Shown: positions 28,989-38,852, counted from the first letter of the stretch. The stretch is DNA of 64,000 nt from Minisyncoccota bacterium (GCA_035583355.1 DATEZQ010000003.1:193844-257843), one strand, 5' to 3'. Numbers and translations are program-made. Notes: generated from the letters alone by a model not told the origin.

Positions 28989-30539
28989 TCACTTGATAAC
29001 TTTCTTAATTTTCAAGAACTTTCGCAGGTCTCGATATGCATCGAGGAAGCGCGTGTCATTTAGTGATTCAAGGATGTCCCTGAGTAGAATCTTATCATTT
29101 CTTTTAATGATGGTCGCATTCTTCCAGGCCACCTTGAGGAAGCGCACGATGATGTTTGCGGTGGGCCAGTCGCCGTGTTTTCCGGTAATTCGGAGATTGC
29201 GCACAATAGAGCGTGTTGTTGCGGTAATCTGCTCCCTGTACTGGGGGAGCACATTGGATAGTTCTGACCACTTGGGGCGGCCGGGCACATGGGTGTAGTC
29301 GTACAAGAGCATGATGCTCGAGAGTGCAGACTCATCCCAGATGACCTCCCCGAATGTACTTTCTGCTGCTATCGCAAGTGGAGTCTCACACACCCTTTCT
29401 TTCAGGTGCATGAGCGTCATCATTGATGCGAACTTGATCGCAAGTGGTTGGTGCTGCTCGCTACTCATGATTGCGATGCGCAAGTGCTCTGGAAGGTTCA
29501 GATAGTAATTCGCGATGGCAGTATGCATTCGGATGTTGCGCTCAACCCAGCGTCTGGAGCCTGCATCCTGCCGCTCGAATCGGTCGGTGTCGATTGCAAG
29601 CAATTTATTGCCCACGAATAAGAGGACGGATTCGGGAAGCAGTCGCGGTGCTCTCCAGCATGCTGAGTGCAGCGCTGCCGCATTGCCCGGACTCTCGATC
29701 GTTGCGAGGAGGGCGAACGGAATGAGGTCGTGTGCCGCTTCTTTCCTCTCGGAGAGCAGTTTGAATGCCGCGGCACGCAGTTCAGGGAGTAGTCGCGTAT
29801 TCGCGACGAGCCGAAGGAGTTCCGTTGATTCGATCGTCGCATCAAGCTCGCTCATCAGGTCGAAGGCTGCAATGAGGATCGCATTGGAATCAGCCTCATC
29901 ACCCCTCCATGTTCCCTTGAGCAACATGGTCACTTTGTACCAGTCGCAAGTTGAGTTGAGCGCAGCAGCGATCCGTAGCGCCCGAGACTCATCCATGTGC
30001 TCCCTGATGTACGAAATGTAGTGATCATGGATCGGTGAGCGATGTGCCGAAAGGATACAACCGATGCGTGACATGAGCTGTACCGGGTAGACCTTGTCAT
30101 CAAGGATCCGCCGCATCTCTTTTGCGAACAAGGACCAGAGCGATTCGCCGTATTCGGCAAAAGCATCACTGAGGTCCCAGTTCTCGCAGAGGAGCTTGTG
30201 GCGCAGAAAGAGTCCGGCGCGAGTACTGCCTGTCTCGACTTCCGCGAACGGAGTCTGTTCGATCAGGAGGCGGAGTATGAGTCCACCCCAGTTGTAGGTC
30301 TCACCGGACATTGCGTCGAGTAATTCATCGACGCCTGCCGCGAGGATACGGTCACCGACTTCTTGGTAGGTGCCGGTGAAGAAGGGGGGAGGGGTAGATA
30401 TGGCGACCATTGTCGCTCCCGTTGCTCGGCGGAGTATTCTCCGCAGTAAAGAAAGAACGCAGCTTTGTACATCACCCACGATGGGTGATGCGCGCTGTTT
30501 CATTATTGTTATAGCACGCAGGAGGGTTGCGTCAAACAA
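28989..30539 (-). CDS. hypothetical protein (516 aa), co-directional with the upstream CapA-family gene
   Basis: Long helical-looking ORF with no recognised motif. Confidence 0.5.
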   Translation of the reverse strand: MFDATLLRAITIMKQRASPIVGDVQSCVLSLLRRILRRATGATMVAISTPPPFFTGTYQEVGDRILAAGVDELLDAMSGETYNWGGLILRLLIEQTPFAEVETGSTRAGLFLRHKLLCENWDLSDAFAEYGESLWSLFAKEMRRILDDKVYPVQLMSRIGCILSAHRSPIHDHYISYIREHMDESRALRIAAALNSTCDWYKVTMLLKGTWRGDEADSNAILIAAFDLMSELDATIESTELLRLVANTRLLPELRAAAFKLLSERKEAAHDLIPFALLATIESPGNAAALHSACWRAPRLLPESVLLFVGNKLLAIDTDRFERQDAGSRRWVERNIRMHTAIANYYLNLPEHLRIAIMSSEQHQPLAIKFASMMTLMHLKERVCETPLAIAAESTFGEVIWDESALSSIMLLYDYTHVPGRPKWSELSNVLPQYREQITATTRSIVRNLRITGKHGDWPTANIIVRFLKVAWKNATIIKRNDKILLRDILESLNDTRFLDAYRDLRKFLKIKKVIK

Positions 30540-30564
30540 AAACCACCAGAGGTGGTTTTGGAAA

Positions 30565-31695
30565 TTATTGAACAGTAGAGAGTGAAAACGCGCATCCGCT
30601 TGGGCTGATGTTGGGCATCACTCCAAGGTATTTTGTGCACCACTGATTTGCCTCAACGGGAGAGAGGAACGTTGGTACTGCGCGTACTATCTTGTAGGGA
30701 TAGAGCATGAACTCACTACTTCCTGAGTAGAGGCTCATGCCAACGCCGACTCCTTCGTTTTGTTTTTCTCCAATTTGATCGAAGATAAAATTACCGACTG
30801 CGTAGAATATTGCATGTCCCTTATAGACCTCAATATTTTCTATGACGTGCGGATGGTTGCCGATGATGACATCTGCTCCTGCATCGATCCAGCGATGCGC
30901 AAGAATTTTTTGAGTGTCATTCGCACGAGGTGCATATTCGTCACCCCAGTGTACGGTGACAAGTACGAGGTCATGTGAACCTTTAAGTTTTGCGATGAGC
31001 GTAGGGATTTTCTCGAGTGACATGGCGCCTATTGTTGCATCGAGTCCGACAATCGCGATACGGGTTCCGCTCGCATTGCGAGACTCGACCCACGTACTGT
31101 CGATTTGTGGGTAACCCGCTGCAAGTATTTCCGCATTGAGTAAATACTTCATGCTCGAATCAATCCCGGCTTGATTGCAGTCGAGCATGTGATTGTTTGC
31201 AATGGTCACCGCATTGAATCCCTCAGACTTGAGTAGCTTTGCGGTTGAAGTAGGGAATTGAAAATTCAGCTCCTTTTGCTGGCATTCACTGCGCGGCATT
31301 GCAATGATAGGTCCCTCAAGGTTGAGCATGCGGATATCATAGTCACTCATGATGTCCATAGCGCGAAGACTGGAGAAGAGGTCGGTGCCATTGTCAACGG
31401 TTTTGCGCACTGCACGATCGAACATCGCATCACCAAAGTGAAGGAGTTTCATTGGAGCAAAATTGGTACTCTTTTTGAAAGGTGCAACGACCTCAGTGGT
31501 TGTGGCCTCGTCTGTTGTTGTGGCGACATTAATGATTGGATTTGTGGGAGTAGCAGCAAGCATGCCCCCACTGAATGTTATAGGACCCGTGCGCCCAATG
31601 ACTTTGCCAAGTGCATTTGAGAAGATAAAAACGTTTACCGTTGATATAACTACGATAAGAAGTCCTATATAGAGGTGATGTTTGCGCGCCTGCAT
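30565..31695 (-). CDS. CapA/PgsA-family metallophosphoesterase
   Basis: HFGDAMFDR...MLNLEGP...TIANNHMLDC...TVHWGDEY...IIGNHPHV. N-terminal TM anchor. Confidence 0.7.
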   Translation of the reverse strand: MQARKHHLYIGLLIVVISTVNVFIFSNALGKVIGRTGPITFSGGMLAATPTNPIINVATTTDEATTTEVVAPFKKSTNFAPMKLLHFGDAMFDRAVRKTVDNGTDLFSSLRAMDIMSDYDIRMLNLEGPIIAMPRSECQQKELNFQFPTSTAKLLKSEGFNAVTIANNHMLDCNQAGIDSSMKYLLNAEILAAGYPQIDSTWVESRNASGTRIAIVGLDATIGAMSLEKIPTLIAKLKGSHDLVLVTVHWGDEYAPRANDTQKILAHRWIDAGADVIIGNHPHVIENIEVYKGHAIFYAVGNFIFDQIGEKQNEGVGVGMSLYSGSSEFMLYPYKIVRAVPTFLSPVEANQWCTKYLGVMPNISPSGCAFSLSTVQ

Positions 31696-31774
31696 AGAGT
31701 TATAGTACCGCTAATTAACAAAGAGTAAAGCGTGTGATTGTTGCAAAAGAGATGACTTCTTGTACTATGGGTTT

Positions 31775-32854
31775 ATGATTTCGCTTGATGATTACGACTA
31801 CGATTTGCCGGAAGAACATATCGCAAAAGATCCTGCGCAGCCGAGGGAGAGTGCGCGACTTTTCGTCTACAACACTGCTACGGATGAGATTACTTTTGAT
31901 ACCTTTGCAAACATTCGTGCGCATCTACCGAAGGATACATTGCTCGTATTCAATAATACGCGCGTGATTCCTGCGCGTCTCTGGCTCAAGAAGGAGACGG
32001 GGGGAAAGATCGAGGTATTGCTTATGATGAATGAGTATCGCGAGGGAGATAGTTATATCAAGGGTGTAGTGGATCGTAAGATCGTGCCAGGTGCGAAGCT
32101 CTATTTCCAGAATGGTGCTTGGCTCGAAGTACATCACCAGGAAGAACAGTTTTTCTTCTTTAAACCAAGTTTCCCGATTCTAGAGATTTGGTCACTTTTG
32201 GATGCTGAAGGGGTAACACCAATTCCTCCGTATATCAAGGGGTCTTCACTGAATGAGAAAGCGCTCCGAGAAGAGTATCAGAGCGTGCTCGCAAAAGTCC
32301 CTGCATCTGTTGCTGCTCCGACCGCATCACTCCATTTTTCTGATGGACTCCTTGAGACTCTGAAAGAAGAAGGTGTGCAGCGCGCAGAAGTGACGCTCCA
32401 TGTGGGCGCGGGAACGTTTGCGCCAATCGGTCCGGAGAACTTCGCATCGAAGAAGCTTTTCACCGAATATTTTTCCGTCGACGGAGATAATGCTGCACTT
32501 ATCAATGCGGCAAAGTCCGATGGGGTTACGGTAATTCCTGTGGGCACTACTGCACTGCGTACTATTGAGTCTGCGGCGGTCATCGATCATATTGATGCGC
32601 AAGGGAAGACTCATTACCGTATCGCCGTAGAACATGGCAAGCCAACGGATATATTCGTATATCCTCCGTACCAGTTCAAGATAGCTGATGCACTCATCAC
32701 AAACTTCCATGTGCCGCGCTCATCACTCATGCTCCTTGTGGATGCAATGCTTGAAGCGAAGGGTGCACGTCGTCGTATTAAGGAGCTGTACGCAATTGCA
32801 ATGAAAGAGGATTTCAAATTCTTTTCTTTTGGGGATGGAATGTTGATTTTGTAG
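31775..32854 (+). CDS. queA: S-adenosylmethionine:tRNA ribosyltransferase-isomerase
   Basis: MISLDDYDYDLPEEHIAKDPAQPRESARLFVY...NNTRVIPARL is the QueA N-terminal signature. Confidence 0.88.
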   Translation: MISLDDYDYDLPEEHIAKDPAQPRESARLFVYNTATDEITFDTFANIRAHLPKDTLLVFNNTRVIPARLWLKKETGGKIEVLLMMNEYREGDSYIKGVVDRKIVPGAKLYFQNGAWLEVHHQEEQFFFFKPSFPILEIWSLLDAEGVTPIPPYIKGSSLNEKALREEYQSVLAKVPASVAAPTASLHFSDGLLETLKEEGVQRAEVTLHVGAGTFAPIGPENFASKKLFTEYFSVDGDNAALINAAKSDGVTVIPVGTTALRTIESAAVIDHIDAQGKTHYRIAVEHGKPTDIFVYPPYQFKIADALITNFHVPRSSLMLLVDAMLEAKGARRRIKELYAIAMKEDFKFFSFGDGMLIL

Positions 32855-32900
32855 AAAATAAAAAACACTCACCATCTGGTGAGTGTTTTTGCGTTTTTTG

Positions 32901-34589
32901 CTACCTGTTTATATATACAGAAATATTTGCAGAGTTATGGTTTGTGAGCACAATATCTGGACGGCCATCGTTATTAAGGTCACCAAGCACAACATCAACG
33001 GGATTTGCATTTGTCGGGAAGTCGACTTTTGTGGCAAAGGTGCCATCCCCATTATTTATGAATAACGAAATAGTATTTGAAACATAGTTTGCTGCGACGA
33101 GGTCTGGCTTGTTGTCTCCATTAATATCTTTCGCTGAAACCATATATGTATTCACCCCTGTAGGATAATCAACTTTTGAGGGGAAGGTACCATCACCTGC
33201 ATTGGCGAAGATAGAGATAGAGTTAGAACCATAATTTCCTATCGCGAGGTCAATCTTTCCGTCACTATTGAAGTCATCGGTTGCAACCGATATCGGAGTA
33301 TTACCTGCTGAGAATGTTACTTTTGGTGCAAAGGTGCCATTGCCATTATTCATCAAGACTGATACATTGTTCGTCGCGATAAAACCTACAAGTACAAGAT
33401 CTGGCTTATTGTCACCATTGAAATCCTGGATAGCGACGCCCGCAGGGTTCCCTCCTGCGGGATAGGTGACTCTTGCTGCAAAAGTGCCGTTGCCGTTATT
33501 CATAAGAATGGCTACGTTTCCACTGCAGTAATTCGCTACCGCGATGTCGAGAAAACCATCACTATTAAGGTCGCCACTTGCGAGATAGCGTGAATTGCAG
33601 GTTGCGGTCTCTGTTTGGTAGATTACTCGTGTATTAAATGTACCATCTCCTTTATTTGTAAGAATGGAAATTGTATGATCTCCATAATCTGCGGTGATAA
33701 GATCGAGCTTGCTATCATTGTTTACATCGAGAAGGATTATCGAGTCGGGCTGAGTGCCTGATACATAATTTACCTTTGCGTTAAAAGTGCCGTCTCCTTT
33801 ATTGAGCAGCACCGAAGCATTATTTGATGCGTAGTTCGCTACTGCGAGGTCTTGTGCTCCATCACCATTCAAGTCACCGATGACCACTGCGCGTGGTTGC
33901 GTATTTACTCCATAATCTACTTTTGCATAGGGGTTAAATGCGTATGCTATTGGTCCACCACCGCTACCTCCTCCGCCTGTAGTTGAAGTTGCTCCGGTTG
34001 CTGCGGCAAATGATGCGAAAGCTCCGACCGTAAGACCTCCAGTGCTGTTGATGTCCATTGTTGCGGTTGGTGCCTCAATGCTCGAAGCTCCTAGGACATG
34101 TAGTTGATTATTTTGCGGCGCAATGTAGGTGTAGTAATTATTTTTATTATTTATGGGGTCAATGGGGAGGGTTTTGATGAATGCATCATTTGCTGTACCC
34201 GAGAGGTTGATGGGGAGCCAACCTGTCCCGTCTGTGTTTTTGAGTGTCGTGGCGAGCACGCAGTTGTATGACCACCCCGGCTGTAATGATGGGAGTCCTA
34301 GATTGTCACAGGTTGATGATGTGTCAGGGAGTGATGTATAGACAGTATTTGCTGCTCCATAGCTTGGATTTGAGGCAAAAGTTTCATATATACTGATCGC
34401 TTTGTGCATCATGAAAAGATCCGCAAGTCTGCGTGCGTCACGACTTTTTGCTTTTGCCGTTGTAAGTGCAGCAAAAACAATTGATGAAAGCAACGCAATA
34501 ATCGCGATGACTACGAGAAGTTCGATGAGCGTAAAACCTCGCACCCGAGAATCTCGTGATTGAGGATGAGGGGAAGTCATTGTTGTCAT
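32901..34589 (-). CDS. pilin-like protein fused to FG-GAP/VCBS beta-propeller repeats (putative pilus adhesin)
   Basis: N-terminal RVRG|FTLIELLVVIAIIALLSSIVFAAL. About 7 C-terminal repeats of D(L/F)NGDG.(D/P)(L/I)..(A/G)NY.SN..S...N.GDGTF. Start uncertain (34580-34646). Confidence 0.7.
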   Translation of the reverse strand: MTTMTSPHPQSRDSRVRGFTLIELLVVIAIIALLSSIVFAALTTAKAKSRDARRLADLFMMHKAISIYETFASNPSYGAANTVYTSLPDTSSTCDNLGLPSLQPGWSYNCVLATTLKNTDGTGWLPINLSGTANDAFIKTLPIDPINNKNNYYTYIAPQNNQLHVLGASSIEAPTATMDINSTGGLTVGAFASFAAATGATSTTGGGGSGGGPIAYAFNPYAKVDYGVNTQPRAVVIGDLNGDGAQDLAVANYASNNASVLLNKGDGTFNAKVNYVSGTQPDSIILLDVNNDSKLDLITADYGDHTISILTNKGDGTFNTRVIYQTETATCNSRYLASGDLNSDGFLDIAVANYCSGNVAILMNNGNGTFAARVTYPAGGNPAGVAIQDFNGDNKPDLVLVGFIATNNVSVLMNNGNGTFAPKVTFSAGNTPISVATDDFNSDGKIDLAIGNYGSNSISIFANAGDGTFPSKVDYPTGVNTYMVSAKDINGDNKPDLVAANYVSNTISLFINNGDGTFATKVDFPTNANPVDVVLGDLNNDGRPDIVLTNHNSANISVYINR

Positions 34590-34790
34590 TATATTAGTAC
34601 TTGAGAATTGTGTGGAGCGCATACTATATATACTATAGTATAACATATGAGATTCTTTCAGCTGATCGTGGCTTCTGCTTCTTTACTTTGAATGCGTTCA
34701 GTGTTACTATCCGCGCAGAATCTGTTCAAAAATCTTGATGGCATCTGTCCATCGCTTGATCCGCGAGAGCGCGCGGGGGAGGTTAGTGCA

Positions 34791-35378
34791 ATGCGTATTG
34801 CCGCGACCCTTGAGGTTGACGAAGGTGCACGAATCGTAAGCACGATCGAGCGCGCCATTTCTTCTGCGAAGTTGTCTCCTGATTACTCTGCGAGTTTCAC
34901 GATGAGTGGAGTGACCATCACCGTTCGCGACGACTCAAGTCCGCGTCTCATCTTCGATGAATTCCTTCGTGCGCTCAACGGGCGCCTCGAGGGCGAAGTT
35001 GGTCCGTATCCCAAGGATATTCCTATCGAGGATCTCTCTGTCCCGCTTTTGCGTGCCGACATTGAAGCACTCCTCGCGGAGGCGCCTCCCATAGAGGTGG
35101 TCGATGAGGAACGCTGGCTTTTGATGAAGGAGACGAATGTCGACAATTGCGGCTATGGCCAAAGCATGGTTGCGTACGCTGAGCGTTGGGCTCGGTTGAT
35201 GCAGCTGCGCCTTGCCAGCGGTCGCAAGATTGATGATGTCGCAGGTCGCGCTTCATTCGAAGTGGACTTCGATGGTATTCGTCCACTTGTGGTGCGTCGT
35301 GCAGTCATCGAACTTTCATTGCACTGGAAATATGGTCGTGAACTGCTTGCTGAGAGCTGGCACGCACGCGGGAAATAG
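34791..35378 (+). CDS. hypothetical protein
   Basis: GGAGG before the ATG at 34791. Divergent from the FG-GAP pilin gene. Confidence 0.4.
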   Translation: MRIAATLEVDEGARIVSTIERAISSAKLSPDYSASFTMSGVTITVRDDSSPRLIFDEFLRALNGRLEGEVGPYPKDIPIEDLSVPLLRADIEALLAEAPPIEVVDEERWLLMKETNVDNCGYGQSMVAYAERWARLMQLRLASGRKIDDVAGRASFEVDFDGIRPLVVRRAVIELSLHWKYGRELLAESWHARGK

Positions 35379-35567
35379 TACACTGCTGAGCCTCGAACGA
35401 ATATGTTCGGGGCTTTTGTTTTTCCTATATGGCTTAAAATATGAGTAAAATATTGTGTCCTTTAGCCAAGAAGGCAATTTTGCTAATAGAATCTATAGGA
35501 CATTTGGTCCAATACTATACTTTGCGGAAAAAATTCAATAAATAGTGCTAAATAAGGCTAAAATCGA

Positions 35568-35596
35568 TTGACAAAAGCAAAAAATGGGAGTAGTAT
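35568..35596 (+). promoter_or_regulatory. sigma70-like promoter with ~290 nt leader upstream of rpsS
   Basis: TTGACA, 17 nt spacer, TAGTAT. A long untranslated leader runs to 35884. Confidence 0.4.
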
Positions 35597-35884
35597 CGTA
35601 TCCAAGCAAATTGAATAAGGAAATTTCTTACGCCGTGGGAGGATCAGGGGCGTTAGATTTCTATGTCAATACGCGGTCTTAGGTCTCGGTAAAGGTTCAG
35701 GTTTTGGGTGCACGCATCCTTCCTACTCGTCCCTGTCCGTCCTCAGGCATTTATAAGTATCGTTAAACTCCGGGTCTTCTTAGAGAAGCTATACGACATC
35801 CTCCCTCGTGTCGGTGATCCTTCGTAAGATTCGGCAGGAACATACAGGTGTTCGATTTCGATCGAACATCTTCATTCAACAAAT

Positions 35885-36229
35885 ATGTCGCGTTCACTCA
35901 AAAAGGGACCATACGTCTACGACCGCCTCCTCAAGAAGATTGAGGGTAAGCGTCCAGAGGATGTAGGTACCATCAAGACATGGGCACGTGCGTCGGTCAT
36001 CTCTCCAGAGATGCTCAACTTCACGTTCGGTGTCCATAACGGAAAGGACTTCATTGAAGTCAAGGTTACTGAGGATATGGTGGGCCACCGTTTCGGTGAG
36101 TTCTCACAGACTCGTAAGTTTACTCGCCACGGAGGTAAGATGCAGAAGGAACTTGAGCAGAAGCAGAAGCTTGCTGAGGTTACTGCTGCAAAGGCAGCAA
36201 AGGCTTCCGGTGATGCTAAGAAGAAGTAA
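35885..36229 (+). CDS. rpsS: 30S ribosomal protein S19
   Basis: [20 protein letters not shown]... plus a Lys/Ala-rich C-terminal extension. Confidence 0.93.
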   Translation: MSRSLKKGPYVYDRLLKKIEGKRPEDVGTIKTWARASVISPEMLNFTFGVHNGKDFIEVKVTEDMVGHRFGEFSQTRKFTRHGGKMQKELEQKQKLAEVTAAKAAKASGDAKKK

Positions 36230-36702
36230 TGACTATGCAATACGCTACAGCAAAACTTTCTGCTTATCGCACCTCACCACGTAAGATGGGTCTCGTCGCA
36301 GGTCTCATCCGCGGAATGAAGGTTAAGCAGGCTACCGCAGAGCTTGAGCACCGCGCAAAGCGCGCAGCTCCAGTGATCGGCAAGCTCCTCGCATCTGCAG
36401 TCGCAAATGCAAAGGCACTCGGCATGAATGTTGAGGCGCTTCGCGTCGCGGAGATCCGCGTCGACAAGGGCTCAGTACTCAAGCGCTCAATGCCACGCGC
36501 TTACGGTCGCGCATTTCCTATCCACAAGCACACGAGCCATGTCATCATCAAGCTCGCTGAGGATGTTGCAGCTATCAAGCCAGCAACAAAGGAGACAAAG
36601 GCAGTAAAGGAGGTTAAGGCAACCAAGGTTGCAAAGACCACAGTAAAGAAGGAGGCAAAGGTCGATGCCCCAGCAAAGAAGACTGTTAAGAAGACCAAGT
36701 AA
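36229..36702 (+). CDS. rplV: 50S ribosomal protein L22
   Basis: …PRKMGLVAGLIRGMKVKQATAELE… L22 family with a Lys-rich C-terminal tail. Overlaps the rpsS stop by 1 nt. Confidence 0.9.
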   Translation: MTMQYATAKLSAYRTSPRKMGLVAGLIRGMKVKQATAELEHRAKRAAPVIGKLLASAVANAKALGMNVEALRVAEIRVDKGSVLKRSMPRAYGRAFPIHKHTSHVIIKLAEDVAAIKPATKETKAVKEVKATKVAKTTVKKEAKVDAPAKKTVKKTK

Positions 36703-36703
36703 T

Positions 36704-37534
36704 ATGTCACATCACGTACATCCCTATGCACATCGTCTTGGCACCATCCGCGGATGGCAGTCACGCTGGTTCGCCGACACCAATCGTGGTGACTATCAGG
36801 CAAACCTTCGCGCAGACGTTCTTCTCCGTCAGTACATGGAGAAGCGCCTTCGCGGTATGCACATTGCAGCTATCGAAATGGAGCGCAATGACAAGCAGTG
36901 GAAGATCATCATCAAGACCGGCCGTCCAGGTTTCGTAATCGGACGCCAGGGTGAGGGTGCAACCAAGCTTAAGGCAGATATCCTCAGTAAGTGTGCTCGT
37001 TGGAAGCTTCAGGCTCCAAAGGACATTCGTATTGAGATCGAGGAGGTTCGTTCTCCAGAGGCAAATGCCGCAATCGTCTCACAGATGGTTGCAGAGGGTC
37101 TCGAGAAGCGCCTTCCTTTCAAGCGCGTCATCAAGCAGACGCTTGAGCGTGTCATGCAGACCTACGGAGTTAAGGGAGCTCGCATCGAGATCTCAGGACG
37201 CCTTGGTGGTGCAGAAATGTCACGCCGCGAATTCGTGAAGGGTGGAAATCTTCCACTCCAGACTATCCGTGCAGACGTCGAGTTCGCACGCGAGAAGGCA
37301 TTCATGACTTACGGTGTCATCGGTATTCAGGTTTGGATTTACAAGGGTGAAGTTTTCGATGGAATGGAGCAGCGCGAAGAGCGCGCACCACGCCGCGATG
37401 ACAACCGTCGCGATGGTCGTCGCGATAGCCGCCCTGCACGTGATTCACGCGGTCCCCGCGCACCACGAGCAGCAGGAGCGGCAGCACCACATGCGCCACG
37501 TGCTCCACGAGCAGCAGCCGCAACAACTAATTAA
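36704..37534 (+). CDS. rpsC: 30S ribosomal protein S3
   Basis: MSHHVHPYAHRLGTIRGWQSRWFAD... KH/S3 core plus an Arg/Asp/Ala-rich C-terminal extension. Start at the ATG after the rplV stop. Confidence 0.93.
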   Translation: MSHHVHPYAHRLGTIRGWQSRWFADTNRGDYQANLRADVLLRQYMEKRLRGMHIAAIEMERNDKQWKIIIKTGRPGFVIGRQGEGATKLKADILSKCARWKLQAPKDIRIEIEEVRSPEANAAIVSQMVAEGLEKRLPFKRVIKQTLERVMQTYGVKGARIEISGRLGGAEMSRREFVKGGNLPLQTIRADVEFAREKAFMTYGVIGIQVWIYKGEVFDGMEQREERAPRRDDNRRDGRRDSRPARDSRGPRAPRAAGAAAPHAPRAPRAAAATTN

Positions 37535-37542
37535 TTCGGCCT

Positions 37543-37965
37543 ATGTTATTTCCGAAGAAGGTTAAGCATCGTAAGTGGCAGAGTAATCGCTGGAATCCTC
37601 GCTTTACGCACACGGAGTCTCGCGGTATCACTCTCGCTTACGGTCAGTACGGTTTGAAGGCTGAGAGCGCAGCGCGCATCACTTCAAATCAGATCGAGGC
37701 AGCACGTCGCGTGCTCTCACGCACGATTGGTAAGACCGGTCGTATCTTTATCCGCATCTTCCCAGATCGTCCTTACACCGCAAAGGGTGCAGAGACTCCC
37801 ATGGGTAAGGGAAAGGGAGATCCACAGGGCTTCGTTTGCGAAGTTCTTCCTGGACGCGTCCTCTTCGAGCTCGATGGAGTTGATCCAGTGCTCGCTAAGG
37901 AGGCAGTTCGTAAGGCAGGCACAAAGCTTTCCGTGCGCTCTCGTTTCGTCACTCGCGTAATCTAA
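37543..37965 (+). CDS. rplP: 50S ribosomal protein L16
   Basis: MLFPKKVKHRKWQ... L16 family. Confidence 0.93.
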   Translation: MLFPKKVKHRKWQSNRWNPRFTHTESRGITLAYGQYGLKAESAARITSNQIEAARRVLSRTIGKTGRIFIRIFPDRPYTAKGAETPMGKGKGDPQGFVCEVLPGRVLFELDGVDPVLAKEAVRKAGTKLSVRSRFVTRVI

Positions 37966-37972
37966 ATCACAT

Positions 37973-38161
37973 ATGAAGAAATACGCAGAAATTTCAAAGT
38001 TCACTCCAACCGAGATCACGAAGGAGCTTGCTGAGGTTCGCCTTAAGCTTCGCGAATTCCGTGTCGGTATGGCAGGGAGCCGCGTGAAGAACGTTCGCGA
38101 GGGCCGCACGCTCCGCAAGACGATCGCACGTTTGTTAACCGCACGTAAGGGTGCCAACTAA
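37973..38161 (+). CDS. rpmC: 50S ribosomal protein L29
   Basis: 62 aa …ELAEVRLKLREFRVGMAGSRVKNVREGRTLRKTIARLLT. L29 family. Confidence 0.85.
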   Translation: MKKYAEISKFTPTEITKELAEVRLKLREFRVGMAGSRVKNVREGRTLRKTIARLLTARKGAN

Positions 38162-38162
38162 T

Positions 38163-38456
38163 ATGGAAAACACAAAAAAGCAATCACTCAATGGTGTTGT
38201 TGTTTCCGACAAGATGGACAAGACACGCGTTGTCTTGGTCACCCGTTACGAGCAGCACCCAAAGTACAAGAAGTACATTAAGCTCCAGAAGCGCTACAAG
38301 GCGCATGATGCAACCAACACCTACAAGATTGGTGATAAGGTGCGCATGGAGGCTATCGCTCCAGTTTCTCGCCACAAGCAGTTTGCTATCGTGGAGAAGA
38401 TTGGAACACAGGACGTTGAGCAGTACCTTAAGGTGCGCGCACAAGTTCGCAACTAA
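38163..38456 (+). CDS. rpsQ: 30S ribosomal protein S17
   Basis: …LNGVVVSDKMDKTRVVLVTRYEQHPKYKKYIK… S17 family. ATG at 38163. Confidence 0.88.
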   Translation: MENTKKQSLNGVVVSDKMDKTRVVLVTRYEQHPKYKKYIKLQKRYKAHDATNTYKIGDKVRMEAIAPVSRHKQFAIVEKIGTQDVEQYLKVRAQVRN

Positions 38457-38483
38457 TTATCCGCAACATAACATTTCGAACAT

Positions 38484-38852
38484 ATGATTCAGCCACGTTC
38501 AATTGTAAAGATTGCGGATAATACTGGTGGAAAGATCGGTCGTGTCTTCAAGGTCCTCGGTGGCTCAAAGCGCCGCTACGCAGGTCTTGGTGATATCGTC
38601 GTACTTTCTATTCAGACCGCAGAGCCTCGTAAGCCAGTGAAGAAGGGTGACGTCTGTAAGGCCGTTGTCGTTCGTCAGGCAAACGCACAGCGTCGCGCCG
38701 ATGGTTCATATATCCGTTTCGACGAGAATGCAGTTGTGCTTCTCGACGCAAAGGGAGAGCCTCGCGGTTCTCGCGTCTTCGGTCCAATCCCACGTGAACT
38801 CGTGGAGAAGGGATACCAGAAGATCGGTACACTTGCCCCTGAGGTAATTTAA
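38484..38852 (+). CDS. rplN: 50S ribosomal protein L14
   Basis: MIQPRSIVKIADNTGGK... L14 family. Confidence 0.93.
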   Translation: MIQPRSIVKIADNTGGKIGRVFKVLGGSKRRYAGLGDIVVLSIQTAEPRKPVKKGDVCKAVVVRQANAQRRADGSYIRFDENAVVLLDAKGEPRGSRVFGPIPRELVEKGYQKIGTLAPEVI

